Positions 62,887-64,000 of a DNA stretch of 64,000 bases are shown one piece after another. Under the pieces are notes generated by a model. That model saw only the letters and a program-made list of their open reading frames with translations, was not told the origin of the DNA and did not search any database. Origin of the DNA: Chiloscyllium plagiosum (taxonomy: Eukaryota); assembly GCF_004010195.1 (NCBI RefSeq), contig NC_057737.1, positions 13,442,748 to 13,506,747 of the forward strand, written 5' to 3'. The first letter of the stretch is position 1. The number at the start of each line of letters is the position of its first letter. The position numbers and the translations under genes were made by a program.

Positions 62887-64000
62887 AATTGAAATTACAG
62901 AAAAAAAAAATATATATAGTATTTACAGCCTATCCTCAGGACCTCAGAAAACAGATTCTGCATTACTTTTTAAAGTTGTTTACTTGTAAATGTGGTAACC
63001 AATTTAAACACAAAGTCTCAAAAACAGAAAATCAAAGAAATGACCAGTTGAAATAATAGAATATGCTGGAAAAACAAAAGTCAAATGTAAAACAAAAGTC
63101 AAATTCTGCCTATGATGGAAATCTGAAATAAAGAGAGAAAATGCAGGAAATAAGACACGTATGTATGGATCAATAGAGCTAACATTTGAGCTAATATTCA
63201 GCAAAGTTGAACTGGACTTGAAATGTTTTTGGTTTCTCTCTCCACAGATCTGCCAGACCTGCTGAATAGCTCCAGCATTTTCTATTCTTATTTTAGGCCA
63301 ATGTGTATTTTGGTCATGTTGATTGAGAAGAATATTGGTCAGGTTACCAAGACATTTCGTGTTCCGGAAAGAAAGATTGGCATCTATATAACACATTCCA
63401 CAACCATCGGACATTCCAGAGCACTTTACAACCAATGAAGCCATCTAAAAAGTGTAGTAGCTATAGTAATATTGGCCAATATGTACACAAGCAAGAATGT
63501 GAGAATGATTTAATTTTCTATTATGGGATGTGTCATCACCATTGTTATTCATCCCTACCTGCCCTTGGATTGTGGCTAGCAGACTACTGCAGGTCAAGAA
63601 TCACAGAGGCCAGAGTTGGTAAGAATGACCGTGAAGCAGATAAAGTTTTGCAGCCACTGATGATAGTTTCCTAACACTAGTTTACAACTCCTGATTTTTC
63701 AATGGAATTAATTAATATAATTTGACTTTAACCAAGGTGGTATTCAAACCTAAGGATTAGCCTCAACCTGATAAATCCAGTGACATTACTGTTAAATCAC
63801 AGCTTCCCCACTTCATCAGGAAGGGCTTATGCCTGAAATGTCGATTCTCCTGGTCCTCAAATGCTGCTTGACTGGCTCTGCTTTTCCAGCACCACAATCT
63901 TCGACCCTGATCTCCAGCATCTGCAGAGCTCAATTTCTCCAAATAACAGTGCTGTGCTCTGAGTAGTGCACCAGGAAGGAGGGTCAGTCTCCATTCCAAT

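Overview
Repeat-rich vertebrate genomic DNA, inferred to be from a shark because of HE1-type SINEs, CR1 LINEs with (ATGACTCT)n tails and Deu-domain SINEs. It has three N gaps (8780-8878, 9851-10141, 32379-33074). I reconstructed three spliced genes by hand from GT-AG sites and phase arithmetic. (1) The 3' end of a RAP1GAP2-like gene on + (coding exons 1858-1978, 2572-2677, 4371-4447, 5515-5523). (2) A complete 8-exon, about 435-aa tapasin-family gene on - (48203 to 33768): signal peptide, N-terminal domain, IgV, IgC1, TM, C-terminal KKPY ER-retrieval motif, and a perfect ISRE about 30 bp upstream of the ATG. (3) An intron-containing EXO5 on - (61100 to 56414; first exon not located). The rest is CR1, Rex1, Penelope-like elements, SINEs and MITEs. 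Most notable: the tapasin paralog lies outside any visible MHC context and mixes tapasin and TAPBPR traits; its IgC1-TM intron holds two related candidate alternative terminal exons encoding hydrophobic tails without the KKxx motif; and about 10 minimal hammerhead-ribozyme motifs occur in three Penelope-derived families, some in long fold-back repeats and many decayed at CpG sites. No database searches were run; identities rest on recalled family motifs.
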